Positions 38,903-51,551 of a stretch of 64,000 nucleotides of DNA are shown one piece after another. The translations under genes were made by a program, and so were the position numbers. The notes below the pieces were generated by a model. That model was not told the origin of the DNA and did not search any database. It saw only the letters and a list, made by a program, of their open reading frames with translations. The number at the start of each line of letters is the position of its first letter. The first letter of the stretch is position 1. Source of the DNA: Podarcis pityusensis. Its lineage: Eukaryota. The DNA lies in the NCBI GenBank assembly GCA_964106645.2, contig OZ067054.1, one strand, 5' to 3'.

Positions 38903-39926
38903 GTAAGTAGTACTGTAGTGATGTTTCCTCTTGATCTTGGAACCATTGGCCCTGGTTCTATTGGAAAGCAAGTTACCAGCATTTTGAACTCCCTCTGTTC
39001 CTTCCTTGAAAGAGGTACAAGACCAGGGGTTGGCAGAAAGTAGATCGGGGTATACTGGTAGATCCTTGAGTAATTAGCATTAGATCATCAGTGACTTCTG
39101 ACTGTTTAACAGTAGCAGCAGCTTTTTTCTGCATATTGGCTACTGAAGAAATGTTGGGGGTTGGAATACAGAAAACAAATTCCTGGACTAAGATACTTAT
39201 AATTAAAGAATGAGACACTTTTCAGCATATGTCCACCTGGGAATTTCCAAGTTCACCAGCTGCAGCCCTGAAAAGTGGTAGCTTAGAGAAAGGAGGACAA
39301 AGTAGACCACACAAGTCCGAAGTCTGCCCACTCCTGAACTGGCACAGTTTTACATTGCAACTAAAAACGAGATGAGTTATTTTTCATTTTGACCGAACGA
39401 AGTAGGTAAAGGATATCAGTTACTTTTCCCGTACATAGGCTGGATCTATTTCAGAGTCCCCATGGGCAAAGATTTAAGCACATTCTTATCTCTTCCATTG
39501 AAATCAAGATGACTTTGGCAGAATTGTGCCTTGTAATATTTGTCCTAATGTTCATAATTTTGACTTGGTTTTTTGGGGAGCATATAAACAACTCTTAAAT
39601 GTTGGTAGGGGTCACATTCACAAAATCCGTTTAAACTACAGAATGCTAGAAGGAACAAAGAGAAGTGCATTTTTAATCCAACAGATGGTACATTTCCCTC
39701 ATCTTTGAGCTCTATGGGAAGATGACAAAACCACCAACATCATTTAGGAATTGCTTCCAATTTCGCTTCACAATATAATGAAAACAAATACAAAACAATT
39801 GTATATGTAAACAGGCCCAGATCACACTTCCCAATGAACCAGTGCGTAAGGGAAATGTACTCCCAGTACCTGTGCCTTGTCTCCTGATGGACTAGTTCTC
39901 CTTCCCATCCAGGTGTGTGCCTAAAC

Positions 39927-40046
39927 CAGGCAGAGGCAAACAGCCCTCCAGATGTTTTGGGACTACAACTCCAACAGGACCAATGGTCAGGGATGATGGG
40001 AGTTGTAGTCCCAAAACATCTGGAGGGCTGAGTTTGCCTATGCCTG
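39927..40046. mobile_element. Palindromic hAT MITE
   Basis: same core; 8-bp TSD GCCTAAAC. Confidence 0.88.
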
Positions 40047-40989
40047 GCCTAAACTAATGTTAAAACTCCATTGTTAATTAGGGCTGCCAAAGTGAGTTTA
40101 GGAGTACTGGGATTCATTTTAAGCAGGGCTGGTAAAGGATGAATGCAGCAAACACTAAACCCCAAAGCAGGTGAAAGAGAATTCACACATTATGGGAAGG
40201 CGGGGAGATCACACAATTCCACATCCTGACCCCACTCACTAACCTAGACTTCATTGTTAAACATTTACAAAAAGACCACTACTGAACACCTGGTATTTGA
40301 GTGCTTGTAGTAGCCAAGATTTTTGTCTGACAAGGATAGGGCACCTGGGAATGTTGTTCCATGTGCCATAGCTCCTGGCTGTTTAGAAAGTACTTGTAGG
40401 CTTTTAAAAAAATCATGAGAGAACATAGCTTTGCATGTAACAAATGTAGAGCCATTCACCAGCATTTGTGTACAAGTTAGTTTAGTTTTACTGAAGGTTG
40501 TGATCTAGACCGTTCTTTGCACAACACACTTTTGTGTATGACGGCACAGGGAACTATGGTTAGTTTAAAAACTTCCAAGTGAATACTTCCGATACACTCC
40601 TTGGTTGCATAAAACTGTGATTGACTATTCTGTCTGAACCAGGCTGCACAACAAATTAGGGCTCAACATACAGTAGTGCTGCAGGTTTTCCAAATGTTTA
40701 AACAGAATTCATTTATAACATATGACAGACTACTGCTAGAAAAATAATGGACTACCTTTATGCAGAAAAATAGCACAGTACCAATCCCTCGTAACATAAC
40801 TGGCATATTTATTTAGCATATTCCGGTAGCCCTGTTAAGTTTTTGTCAATTTGTTATCTCAGGAAAAGGCTTTCTGTAAACACAGAAAGCCCAGAGGTCT
40901 ATTTTTGGCATTTAGCTGATATTTCAGTTTCTTGTGAACCATATTTTAAGTTGTGTCCTAAACATACTCCTTATCATTCTGTAACATAG

Positions 40990-41136
40990 AGCTGTTTACA
41001 GCGCTCCTTTAGAGCTGAAGTCTTCACCTGCCCTGCTTGCCGACACGACCTTGGAAAGGGCTACACCATGGTTCCTAACAAAATACTGCAGACACTACTT
41101 GACCAGTTCTTCCCTGGTTACAGCAAAGGACGATGA
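40990..41136 (+). CDS. UHRF2: UHRF2 exon 16 (RING C-part, PIP-box-like QTLLDQFF, stop)
   Basis: tag|AGC; [48 protein letters not shown]; TGA at 41134-41136. Confidence 0.94.
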   Translation, partial: SCLQRSFRAEVFTCPACRHDLGKGYTMVPNKILQTLLDQFFPGYSKGR

Positions 41137-42032
41137 TACGAGTTCAGTTCTCAGTATACTTCTCTTAATGACTTACAGACTGTACAAAGAGAAGAAACCA
41201 GGAAAATTCAAAAGTGGACCAGCTGGCTTGAGCGCAGTTCATATGACTGTCACATTGTGGAGCGGCTAACTCAACCTTCTTTCCCATTTTGCAATCTTTT
41301 TTGTGTAGTGAGAACTTCACATTCTCAGCTGACTTTCAACACTGAAGGTAGTTTTGGACAGATGACAACAAGGGGGGGGGGGAATACAAGCCTTGGCTCT
41401 GACTGGCCACAACAGCGGATGCTTCAGATTGTTTTTTGTAACTACCTCAGATGGAGGAAAACAAATTGTGAGGAATTTTAAGAGCGCGTCAGATGAAGTT
41501 CAGCTACACACTGCCTCCTGAATATTAGTTTGCCTGGTCCATGCAGTTCGATTTTACAACAAGAAAACAGCACTTAAGCCAGTTTTTAATTACAGAACAT
41601 CAAATTCTGTGGTGTGCATAATCTTTTTGTGCGTGTGCATTTCCTGCCATTATGCTGTTTTTCTTAATTTCTTTTGCAAGAACAGGCTTTTAGTCTATTT
41701 TTGTGAGCGTCATTGTGCTCTTGTATCTTATGCAAGTTGACTACTAATGACTGAGAACAATATGAATGCATTGTTGCTGTTAATGTAAAGTGATTTGTGT
41801 TTTTTGCACTTAAAGAGGGTATTCAAAACACTCTAGTTGTGTAAAAACTATTTCATATGAAACAAGCCACTTTTGTATTAGGTAAAACTGTATGCTTTTA
41901 GTAGGTCTTGTATCAGTGGCAATACATCTTACACAGCATTGAGAGCAGTGCTAGCTTGGAGAGGGCTCAAATCGCTTCATATTGTGATCTGAAATTTTAT
42001 ATACAGTATATTCCTCTTCCCCAATATACCTT

Positions 42033-42038
42033 ATTAAA
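42033..42038 (+). terminator. Candidate UHRF2 polyadenylation signal (ATTAAA)
   Basis: ATTAAA about 900 nt after the stop, followed by a GT/T-rich tract (gtgttagtttgtattttg). Confidence 0.5.
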
Positions 42039-42524
42039 TATTTTATGATTCATAAAGTGTTAGTTTGTATTTTGCAGCCATAAGACAGTGTTTCCTGGAA
42101 GATGGCTGAATGTATATTTGAAAACTTTTGATAACAAGGTGTTTGGTCTCGGGTTTAATATCTTTGGGCAATTTGCATTAGAAAGCTATATTATACAAAA
42201 CATTTTTAAAAGACCTTAGTTTTGTGGAGAAATTGGCCTTCTGCATTTTTTGTTTGTTGGCACAAAGCCTAACTCACTGGGTTTTTGCACAATGGTATCT
42301 CAAGGGGGAAAAATTCACAAACTCACTACCCCAAGCCTCACCTGGTATCTTGGGCAGAACACAATGCTTTGTAGAAGCACCCCTTCCAGTTCATGCAAGC
42401 ATAGAATACAACCCACTATAAATAGTTCACAAAAGCACATAACAAAATACCACACACTTTCAGAAAATCTTGTTTTTAATCAGACTTTGAAATCAGGTTT
42501 CAAAAGCTATTACAACTTCTAGAT

Positions 42525-42530
42525 TTTATT
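42525..42530 (-). terminator. Candidate GLDC polyadenylation signal (AATAAA on - strand)
   Basis: tttatt on + strand about 670 nt past the GLDC stop; GT-rich sequence follows on the - strand. Confidence 0.55.
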
Positions 42531-43201
42531 GGAATGCTACCACAGGGAGTTTAAAAAAGAAAAAACGCGTTCCTTAAATGACATTATCAACACTAGAAGC
42601 AATATATAAATTTAATTAATACAAACTACAAAAGTATATAGCCACAATCTAATACAAAGTGAGGTACAGAGGAGCTTACTTTCCTTTGTTTCAGCATATT
42701 GTGGTCTCTGTCTTTCAGTTCATACAAAGTGAATAATGACTATAATTTTAGCCACCAAACAGCCTGAGTCCCCCCCAAAATCCCACAGTATAGGCGTTAT
42801 TCAAAAAAAAACTGGGATTGCTCTCTATCACAGAAGTATTGTCAGGGCCCAGTTTAACAAAAAAAAGGGTTCTATTTTTACACATACCGTTCTATGTTTA
42901 GCGCTCCTCAACACAGGAAAGCAGCCTTGGTCCTGAATTGATCAAAGAGTGTTAAATCAAGGCCACTTCAGCATGAACTGCTGTGGAAACTGAGGCACTG
43001 CATCAAGTCAGTTTGTTTCCACCTAAAGTATATTTACATAGCTGCACAGAAATTTAATCAACAGTATGGAGATTACAAAAATATACACCGTATAAAAAAA
43101 TGGTTCACTGGGCAGAAGAGCCCATCCTTCCTGAAGCGTAGCAAGGGAGGTCAAGCCTGGTCACCTAAAAAGGAACAGGGTAAGGTGAGGGGAGACTGAC
43201 C

Positions 43202-43345
<144 letters not shown>

Positions 43346-44255
43346 CTAAAGTGGGAGAAACATACCCAGTAGGTAATTTTTAAATTACCGACAATTAGCA
43401 GACAATATTCTATGGTACATTAAAGAGTAACGCGCATACTGCAGCATGTACAAGAGGCAATAGCCAGCTTCATTAGGTACTATAGGAGTTGTGGTGCACT
43501 GGTTTATCCTTCAAAGCCTGAAGTTTTAGAAGTTGGGTGAAATTAGTTCCACCTTTCGGCTCATGAAAGGAGTTTGAGTCGGTTGCTAATTTTAGCCCCG
43601 TGGAGTATCTCAAACTGCTTTGATGCCCCCAAGTTTCAAAAGGTGTTTGCCAAATGGCAGAAGTGACAAAGGATACACTTTGAATTCAACATAACTAATG
43701 TGTTTGGGATCAGGGTTCTGCTGCCTGCTGTAAGGAATGATTTCTTTCTGGGACCAATGGAAAGATCCCTCAGAATAATTTAAGAATTATAAAATGTGAG
43801 GTGGTTATCCACTAACTGCCACATAAGTTCAGGGTTCCATCATAATATGAGCCATAAACAACCAATAGTTCAAGGTCTTTATGCTTTGTCTTGTCTTTGT
43901 ATGGTTTTTTTTGTCAGAATGTTATGAGCCACTCTGTTTTAACTTGTGTTATCCCCACCAAATTCCAGTTAGGGGATAACGTTTTCTGGCTCCAAGCTGC
44001 CTTTGCATTTAACTTACAGGACCTCTTTCAAAGCAGCATCAGCTGAGATGGCAGATAATTATGAAGGCTATAGCAGGAAGGAAGAGGCAGCTTAATCCTT
44101 GCCTTAATGCCATCTCTTTTTGGCACATCTGATGTACCTTTCTTTTTAAGGTTGGCTTGCAAGGTTCCTAACATTTTCCAGTAGTAATGCTGTCTAATAA
44201 AACTGGCTGCTCAAATGAGAATGAGGAAAGCTTCCCATGTTAACTCATTACTTAC

Positions 44256-44336
44256 CAGTGGAAAAACAGCTACTTCTCTGGAGTAAGGACGGTCCCAGTT
44301 AGGAGCAGCAATGCAGGTCAAGGTATGTGGTGACAT
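44256..44336 (-). CDS. GLDC: GLDC exon 24
   Basis: [27 protein letters not shown]; tag/gtaag. Confidence 0.93.
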
Positions 44337-44366
44337 CTAAGTTAAAATATACAAAATAATAATATA

Positions 44367-44878
44367 CCGTAGTTTTCGCTCCATTACACACATTTTTTTC
44401 CTCCTAGAAAGTAAGGGGAAATGTCTGTGCGTGTTACGGAGCGAATGCTTCCCTCCTCCGTGGTTTCCAGCGGGAGGGGAGCCGCTTACACGAGTGTAAG
44501 CGGCTCCTGTCCGGTAGGCTCCTTTAAAGCAAGCAGGCTCTCTGTCCCTCCAGCAAAGTTTTTCAGCTCGCTAAGGGGGGGGAGGAGGAGGAGGGAGAGA
44601 AGCAGAGCTTGCTCCATGCGTGCTCCTTGTCCCTTGAGTGCTTTTCCTTCCCTCCCCACTTAAAACGTGGTTACAAAGCACAGATCCACATGGATCCTCA
44701 GGATTTTTGCATTGGGCTACCCCAAACTCACCATCAGATCACATGTCTGTGGCCACAGCATGAACCACAAAAATCATACATCCACTGTTTCGTGTAGAAT
44801 ATTTTTTTTCTTGTTTTCCTCCTCTAAAAACTACATGCGTGTTATGGTCGGGTGCGTGCTATCGAGCGAAAAATACGG
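44367..44878. mobile_element. Tc1/mariner-superfamily (pogo/Tc2-like) MITE
   Basis: TA|CCGTAGTTTTCGCTC...GAGCGAAAAATACGG|TA. Confidence 0.85.
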
Positions 44879-45274
44879 TAATTCAATTGAGTAATAATAT
44901 AAATACTCAAACAGTAGTAATAGCCTCAGCTAAGAGAAATATCTGCTAAGTTCCACTGAAATAATAACCAACAAAAACCAATAAATCTGAGTCCTATTGG
45001 TTTCAATAAGATGTGACCAAGACTAGCTCTCTGAACGGGTAACAGTGAATCTGAGGTTTTCTAGCAGATGTTGTTAAAAATCAAGCGGAGCCACATGCCT
45101 ATAATATATTGCAATAGGAGGAGTACAGGGTCTATACCATGAGACACAACAGCTAGAAATAGAATAAATGCTGGCTTTTTGCCTTTTTCTGTACTAAACT
45201 GCAGAGTCCTGGGGACTACAGCATCAATCGTAGACAATTTATTTCAAAACAATCTTGATGAAGAGCTACGGCTA

Positions 45275-45523
<249 letters not shown>

Positions 45524-45929
45524 CTAAGCAAAGTCTAAACAACATGTTTTCAGAGTTCAAGGAACACTCTTTGGTATTACATATTCTTCCTCGCCACATA
45601 CAGCAAGGCCATTTACAAAGCCCAGTTACTGACCAACTTGGGGGGGGGGGGACCAGTTATTTGAAGCACAGTCGTCTCTCTCCTTATGTATTCTCAGCTT
45701 GCAGCAGTTGCATAAACCCAAATGTCAAATTTGTGGACATCCATAATCATGTTCTCCCGATCACCTGACTCCCCACCAAACCAGGAGAGAATTCAGACAT
45801 GTCCAATGGCAGGGTAAATGGTAAAAAACAAGTGGCTCTCAATTTTGCCTGATGGCAGGAGCCCACAGGGTGCTGGATGAGCTGGTTAAACAGCTTTCAT
45901 AATTCTTACCACCACAGGATTGAATCCTA

Positions 45930-46160
<231 letters not shown>

Positions 46161-46949
46161 TTATTTCTGTACATCAACTTCCAAGCTCTTTGTCTTGCCA
46201 GGGTTTAAAATAAGTTTATTTTGGAGGAACCGCTGTGTGTCACCAGCATACTGATGACAGTTTGCTCCATATCCCATAATGACCACCCCCAACAGCTTCC
46301 TACGAACGCTTAGGAGTGCTGGGTACCAAATAGTGCTCTGTGGCACCCCAGAAAATAAATGCCGTCTGATTGAGTACCCAGTGGGGGTTACCTTTGAGCA
46401 TAAGACTGGGAATTCTGAACTGAAAACTGAAGCAGAGTGGGGGTTTTAAAAATTCTGAGTTAATCCAGAACACTTCATTTTTAGCTACACCCACTGCTGG
46501 CATTTGCCCTCTCCAACAGATTACCCTGACTGAATTTGATCCTTGACAGGGAAAAAACACCCCTGATTAAAGCACAGTGCAGTGAGAGAGAGAGAGAACA
46601 CGACACAGCTCTAACAATTTGTAGGGAGGGGGCACGCACATATATTATTGAGGAGAAGCAGACAAGTCCACAGCTGCTCCTACAGCTTTTGAGAATATCC
46701 TCTTAGGAGGATGAATTCATCCACAAACGCCTTTCAGCCCATATTATTTAGATTGCTAGTGGGCCAATACTCTTTGTCAGGAGGCTGGGATAGTGGGTGC
46801 AACAGGATGACTCCCCAGCCTGGTTTAGATGCAATGATGGCTATTTTTGCATAGTATTAGTTGTGACAACTCAAAACAATAGTTTTGCATTTCACTGCTG
46901 CTGAACTCCAGGCTTTATTACACTTAACAACCAAGGTTCATGCTCCACA

Positions 46950-47063
46950 CATTTGATGTAGTGGACTCTCATTCACAAAAGACGGTCCCAGAATTGTCAG
47001 CCTTTAAGGTACCATAAGACTTGGTTGTTCTTGTTGCAACAGACTAATTCAGCAACCTCTTTG
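46950..47063 (+). mobile_element. Old Penelope-like element terminal remnant
   Basis: ttgatgtagtggactctcattcacaaaag...ctttaaggtaccataagact...gcaacagactaa resembles a PLE pLTR end with an eroded CTGATGA/GAAA core. Confidence 0.5.
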
Positions 47064-47978
47064 CAAATAAACATTTGTTTGTAGTTATATTCACAAGCTT
47101 TTAGCGTATTGAGCTTCCTGCCCGCCCCCGTGTGTGCTGAAGGAGATCAGATGATTTTGCTTCCAAATTCCTTGCAGTCACTCTGCAGGAAGGGAGTAGG
47201 GAAGAGTACATGAGTCTGAGACTTGTCCAGGCTCTCTTCATAATGATAAAACAGTTTATCGTGACCTTCAAACAAGGCCAGTGACAATGGAAAGGACAGA
47301 GAGGAGGTAACACAAAAGCTTAGTACAGCACAAGGTTGTGTAAGCGCCAATATGATCAGCTACCCTGCTGGATGGATCTTTCCTGAAATGAAGGGACAGA
47401 ATTATGCAGTTCTTTCAACTGCAGGGAGGGGATGGTCTCCACTGTTGCCATGGATCAGTCTGATGGCAGGAGCAAAGACCCATCAGAGTAGCATAAAAAA
47501 GGATGCTTGCTAATCCAACACATTTTGAACCCAACTGATCCTTCTTCAGAGAAATACAATCAATTATCAACTCTCTTTTTTAAGTCTAATAGCTTTGTAC
47601 GCCTTGTTTATTTTGAGATTTATATTTGATAGACCATTCCATATTTTCGGGGTTTCCTATTTTTATTGCACTTTCTGTGTTATGGATTAATTAGTCTGCA
47701 CACTGGAATTATTCACCTTATTTGTGTGGATGGATTTTCCCAAAGAGAAAAGTTACTCTTGCAACACTATTTATTTTGCCTCCTGGTCAAACTGTGGTTT
47801 AAATTTATTTATTTTGTATGCCACCCTTCATCCAAAGATCTCAGGGCATAAAAATACAAATAAAAACACAAATGAAACCAAAAACAAAGCAAGCCAATAA
47901 CCCTCCACTCCTCATTTTTGGTGTGCACCACTGTCTCCTGGGACTATGGAAAACTTCATGTTAGGCTGAAATACTTGC

Positions 47979-48090
47979 CTCTGGCTCCTTTAAAAAGGAC
48001 TTTGTAGTGCTTCTCTAGTCTCTTTGCCATGTAGTTAGCATTTAATATTGCAATCTCTGATGCATGCTTGAGACCTTTTCCTCCCATCAT
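47979..48090 (-). CDS. GLDC: GLDC exon 21 (GC donor)
   Basis: [37 protein letters not shown]; cag acceptor, donor GAG|gcaagt. Confidence 0.92.
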
Positions 48091-48319
48091 CTGAAGGGAC
48101 AAAGAGCCAACAATAAGAACATGTAGGTTAAGCAATTATTCACAGAGCCTGCTATGCACACTTCCTCAGATGTATCAGATGCTAGAAAAATAAAGGGAGC
48201 CACAGCTATATCTGAAAGATATATGGGAATGAATCAATCTTGACAAAAACTGTTTGCCCGTGTCAGCAGTGTGGTGCTGATGGCTGGCAGTGCTAAGTAC
48301 CATCGATATAAAATGGTTT

Positions 48320-48448
48320 CATAGAAGGGACCCTAAGGATCACCAAGTCCAACTCCCTGCAATGCAGGAATATGCTGCTGTCCCTTATGGGGATCGAACC
48401 TGCAACCTTGGCATTATCAGCACCATGCTCTAACCAACGGAGCTATCC
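48320..48448 (-). mobile_element. tRNA(Ile)-derived SINE with CR1-type tail
   Basis: minus strand GGATAGCTCCGTTGGTTAGAGCATGGTGCTGATAATGCCAAGGTTGCAGGTTCGATCCCC (A and B boxes), then GTTGGACTTGGTGATCCTTAGGGTCCCTTCTATG. Confidence 0.8.
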
Positions 48449-49296
48449 AATTGGTTCAAAACTATCCCAATCAATTTTGAAAAGCCATATGAAGCTGCCT
48501 TCTCCCAGTGCAGGCCATGGGTCCCTCTAGCCTAAGATTGTCTACCCTGACCTGCAGCAACTCTCCTGCAGCTCTCTTCCCCATCACCCGATTCTTCCAG
48601 TTGGAGATGCAAGGTACTAATTCTGGGACCTTCTGCATCAACGCATTTGCTCTATCCTTTAACTTGGGCTCCTCTCCTAGCACAGGTTATTTCCAGAATG
48701 AACTTAAATGGGCAACTCTAAAACTGTAGTTAGCCAAACATGATTAGCACACTCTCATTCCCACTGTGAAGTTTCCAGGGTCCGATGAGCTGGGGAAATA
48801 AATGCATTGGCTTGAATCTAGAGTCTCACAAACGAGAGGTTGCTTATGCAATGGACCTTTCCCAACCTATCCTCTAAAATATCGCCCCCTGCAGCCCCCA
48901 AAACGCCACTCTGGAGAAGCAGGAAACCTTCCAGAAGAGCATGAGGGGTGTGGTGCAGGGAGCTGAAATAAGAATAAGAAGACCAATGAAAATCAGGTAG
49001 AGCACCTTGCATGAGGGGTGCTCCGTGTGCATAATGTGCCCCTGATCCTCCCCTCTCTGATCCTTTCCTTGCACCATGTTCTGTGTCATGGAGTAGCAAC
49101 CCCTGGAGAGACTTCACTGGGAGCTGCAGTGGGCAGCAGAGAGGGTGTGAAAGGGCCCTTCCACTTGGCCAACACTTCCACTAATCTCTTCTTAGAGAAT
49201 TAAGCTAATCTGCAGAGTCATCCAGATCCCCGGGTCCTTATTTTCAGCACCATGGATAGTCCCTAGACTACTCGTGTTTCAAAGTATACCTTTATA

Positions 49297-49680
49297 GGTA
49301 AAAAAGGTAAAGGACCCCTGGACAGTTAAGTCTAGTCAAAGGCGACTATGGGGTTGCGGCGCTCATCTCACTTTCAGGCTGAGGGAGCCGGCATTTGTCC
49401 ACAGACAGCTTTCAGGGTCATGTGGCCAGCAGGACTAAACCGCTTCTGGTGCAACCATGACAGTTCCACCAGTGACGGAAACCAGAGTGCATGGAAACGC
49501 CGTTCAATGCAGTGGTACCTATTTATCTACTTCCATTGGTGTGCTTTTGAACTGCTAGGTTGGCAGGAGCTGGGACAGAGCAACAGGAGCTCACCCCGTT
49601 GTGGGGATTCAAACTGCCGACCTTCTGATTGGCAAGCCTGAGAGGCTCAGTGATTTAGACCACAGCGCCACCTGCGTTCC
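49297..49680 (-). mobile_element. Sauria SINE, full length
   Basis: minus strand starts GGAACGCAGGTGGCGCTGTGG, has B box GTTTGAATCC and ends in ACCTTT-type tail; imperfect 12-15 bp TSD. Confidence 0.9.
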
Positions 49681-49688
49681 AGTTATAC

Positions 49689-49830
49689 CTTGATATAAGC
49701 CCAGGAAATAGGCAATATAGCACTGGACCCCCAAGGAGCAGCACTGATGGTTCCCAGTGGGCTGGAATCCTTATCATGCTGCAATGCAATGACAGGGTGG
49801 CTGGGCAGGAAAGGAGCCAAATGCTTCTTC
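49689..49830 (-). CDS. GLDC: GLDC exon 20
   Basis: [47 protein letters not shown]; tag/gtataa. Confidence 0.94.
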
Positions 49831-49845
49831 CTAAAATGGAACAAA

Positions 49846-49916
49846 GAAGAAGAAGAAGAAGAAGAAGAAGAAGAAGAAGAAGAAGAAGACGTAGAAGAAA
49901 GAAGAAGAAGAAAGAA
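49846..49916. repeat. (GAA)n microsatellite, (GAA)14 pure plus degenerate extension
   Basis: direct reading; lies 15 nt from the GLDC exon 20 boundary on the acceptor side. Confidence 0.92.
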
Positions 49917-50206
49917 TTTAGAAATAAAACTCTCTCCCACTGCACCATCGCTATTGTGTTAAAACTAGCTTAAGACTTTTATGAAGGCATCTTAACGTTA
50001 GTCTAATATACAGTGGCAATGTTCCACTTAATGTAATCCCACCATTACTTCCAACATAAAATAAAGGTTCTTTAAATCAACAAAATAATCCTTAAATAAA
50101 ACATCAAAGGCTCATAAGGAATCAAGCTTTCCATCTTTCTATCCATAGACAGTCATCATTAGTGAGGCTATATACTGCCACATTCCATATCTATAGCACT
50201 GGACTA

Positions 50207-50374
<168 letters not shown>

Positions 50375-50815
50375 CTATCAAAGGAAGGAGAGCACAAAGT
50401 TTCAAAAACGAAAGAGAAGGGATTAGAGGGATAAACAAATGAGATTAGTTTTTCATAATCAAGTCTGCTGATGAAAAGAATTAAGTTTCTTTTAAAAACA
50501 GAAGTTTGCTGTTGCTAAAAAAAGTCAACAAAACAAAGATTAGCATATAGCTCTACCTTATATTTAAGTATATGTAAAGCTGTAACTAAATTTTAGTATT
50601 TTTTTTTTTTTTACCTAAAACAAAACTTGTAAAATGTAGTTTTAGATTTTATGGAAAGGTCAGAGACAAGATTCTTGATTTTTTTAAATAACAATATTCA
50701 TAGTGCGGTTAATTACGTCCAGTCAATTATTATTCATTATTAAAGTGGTACAAAATCTCACTTTTAACGTTTATTTTCAAGCATGATTCGCAAATTCAGT
50801 CAGGGGTCTGCATTA

Positions 50816-51040
<225 letters not shown>

Positions 51041-51551
51041 TCAAGGAAATCAGAGCATTTATAGTAGGGGTAGCCACAGAAATTGCTTAGAAGGTATTTG
51101 GACATTTTGTTCCATAACTTTATTTCTATGCAGGCAAGCAGGCTAGAGACTCGCTTTCATTGAAAAACGAGAACACAGAACCTGGGCTACCACTGGAAGC
51201 AACAGGTTGGTGACCTCGATTTACAGTCTTCCCTTCAGAGAATGCTCTATTGCAGCAAACACTCTATTGCTGCAGTTGCTTATCATCTGCTCTTTCATGT
51301 TATCTGGTTTCCACTCAAATTGTAGCAAATAAGAAGGAAAATAACCATGAAAAATGGATACACTACAGAACTGACTCTCAAAATAAGATAGGCTATCACA
51401 CATGTTAACAACTGAAGCTACACATTTAAGTTTTGCATAAGATTATGTCAAAAAAAAGAGAGACAGGCACAGCTTCCTCTTCTATGTAATTTTATATGCC
51501 CATTGAAAATTAAGGAGTTTTTAACCGAAGCTTATAATACCGTAATGCATT

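Larger units (their letters stand above)
3028..41136 (+). other. UHRF2: UHRF2 gene, coding span in window (exons 2-16; UBL-TTD-PHD-SRA-RING E3 ubiquitin ligase); 5' part outside window
   Basis: 15 GT-AG exons splice into one 2316-nt frame with the full UHRF domain order. The UHRF2-type TTD insertion and tail-to-tail position next to GLDC favour UHRF2 over UHRF1. Confidence 0.93.

Noticed and set aside
3028-41136. Calling the + strand gene UHRF1
   Set aside because: Despite UHRF1-like motifs, the GLDC adjacency, TTD insertion and segments such as [15 protein letters not shown] and KKLEQSFMCVCCQELVYQP indicate UHRF2.
48385-48448. tRNA-Ile(GAT) gene
   Set aside because: Acceptor stem is incomplete, several stem positions mismatch, and it runs directly into a CR1-type tail, so it is a SINE head.
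49655-49973. Poly-Leu/Ser/Glu/Arg ORFs in the ORF track
   Set aside because: These are translations of the (GAA)n microsatellite overlapping GLDC exon 20.
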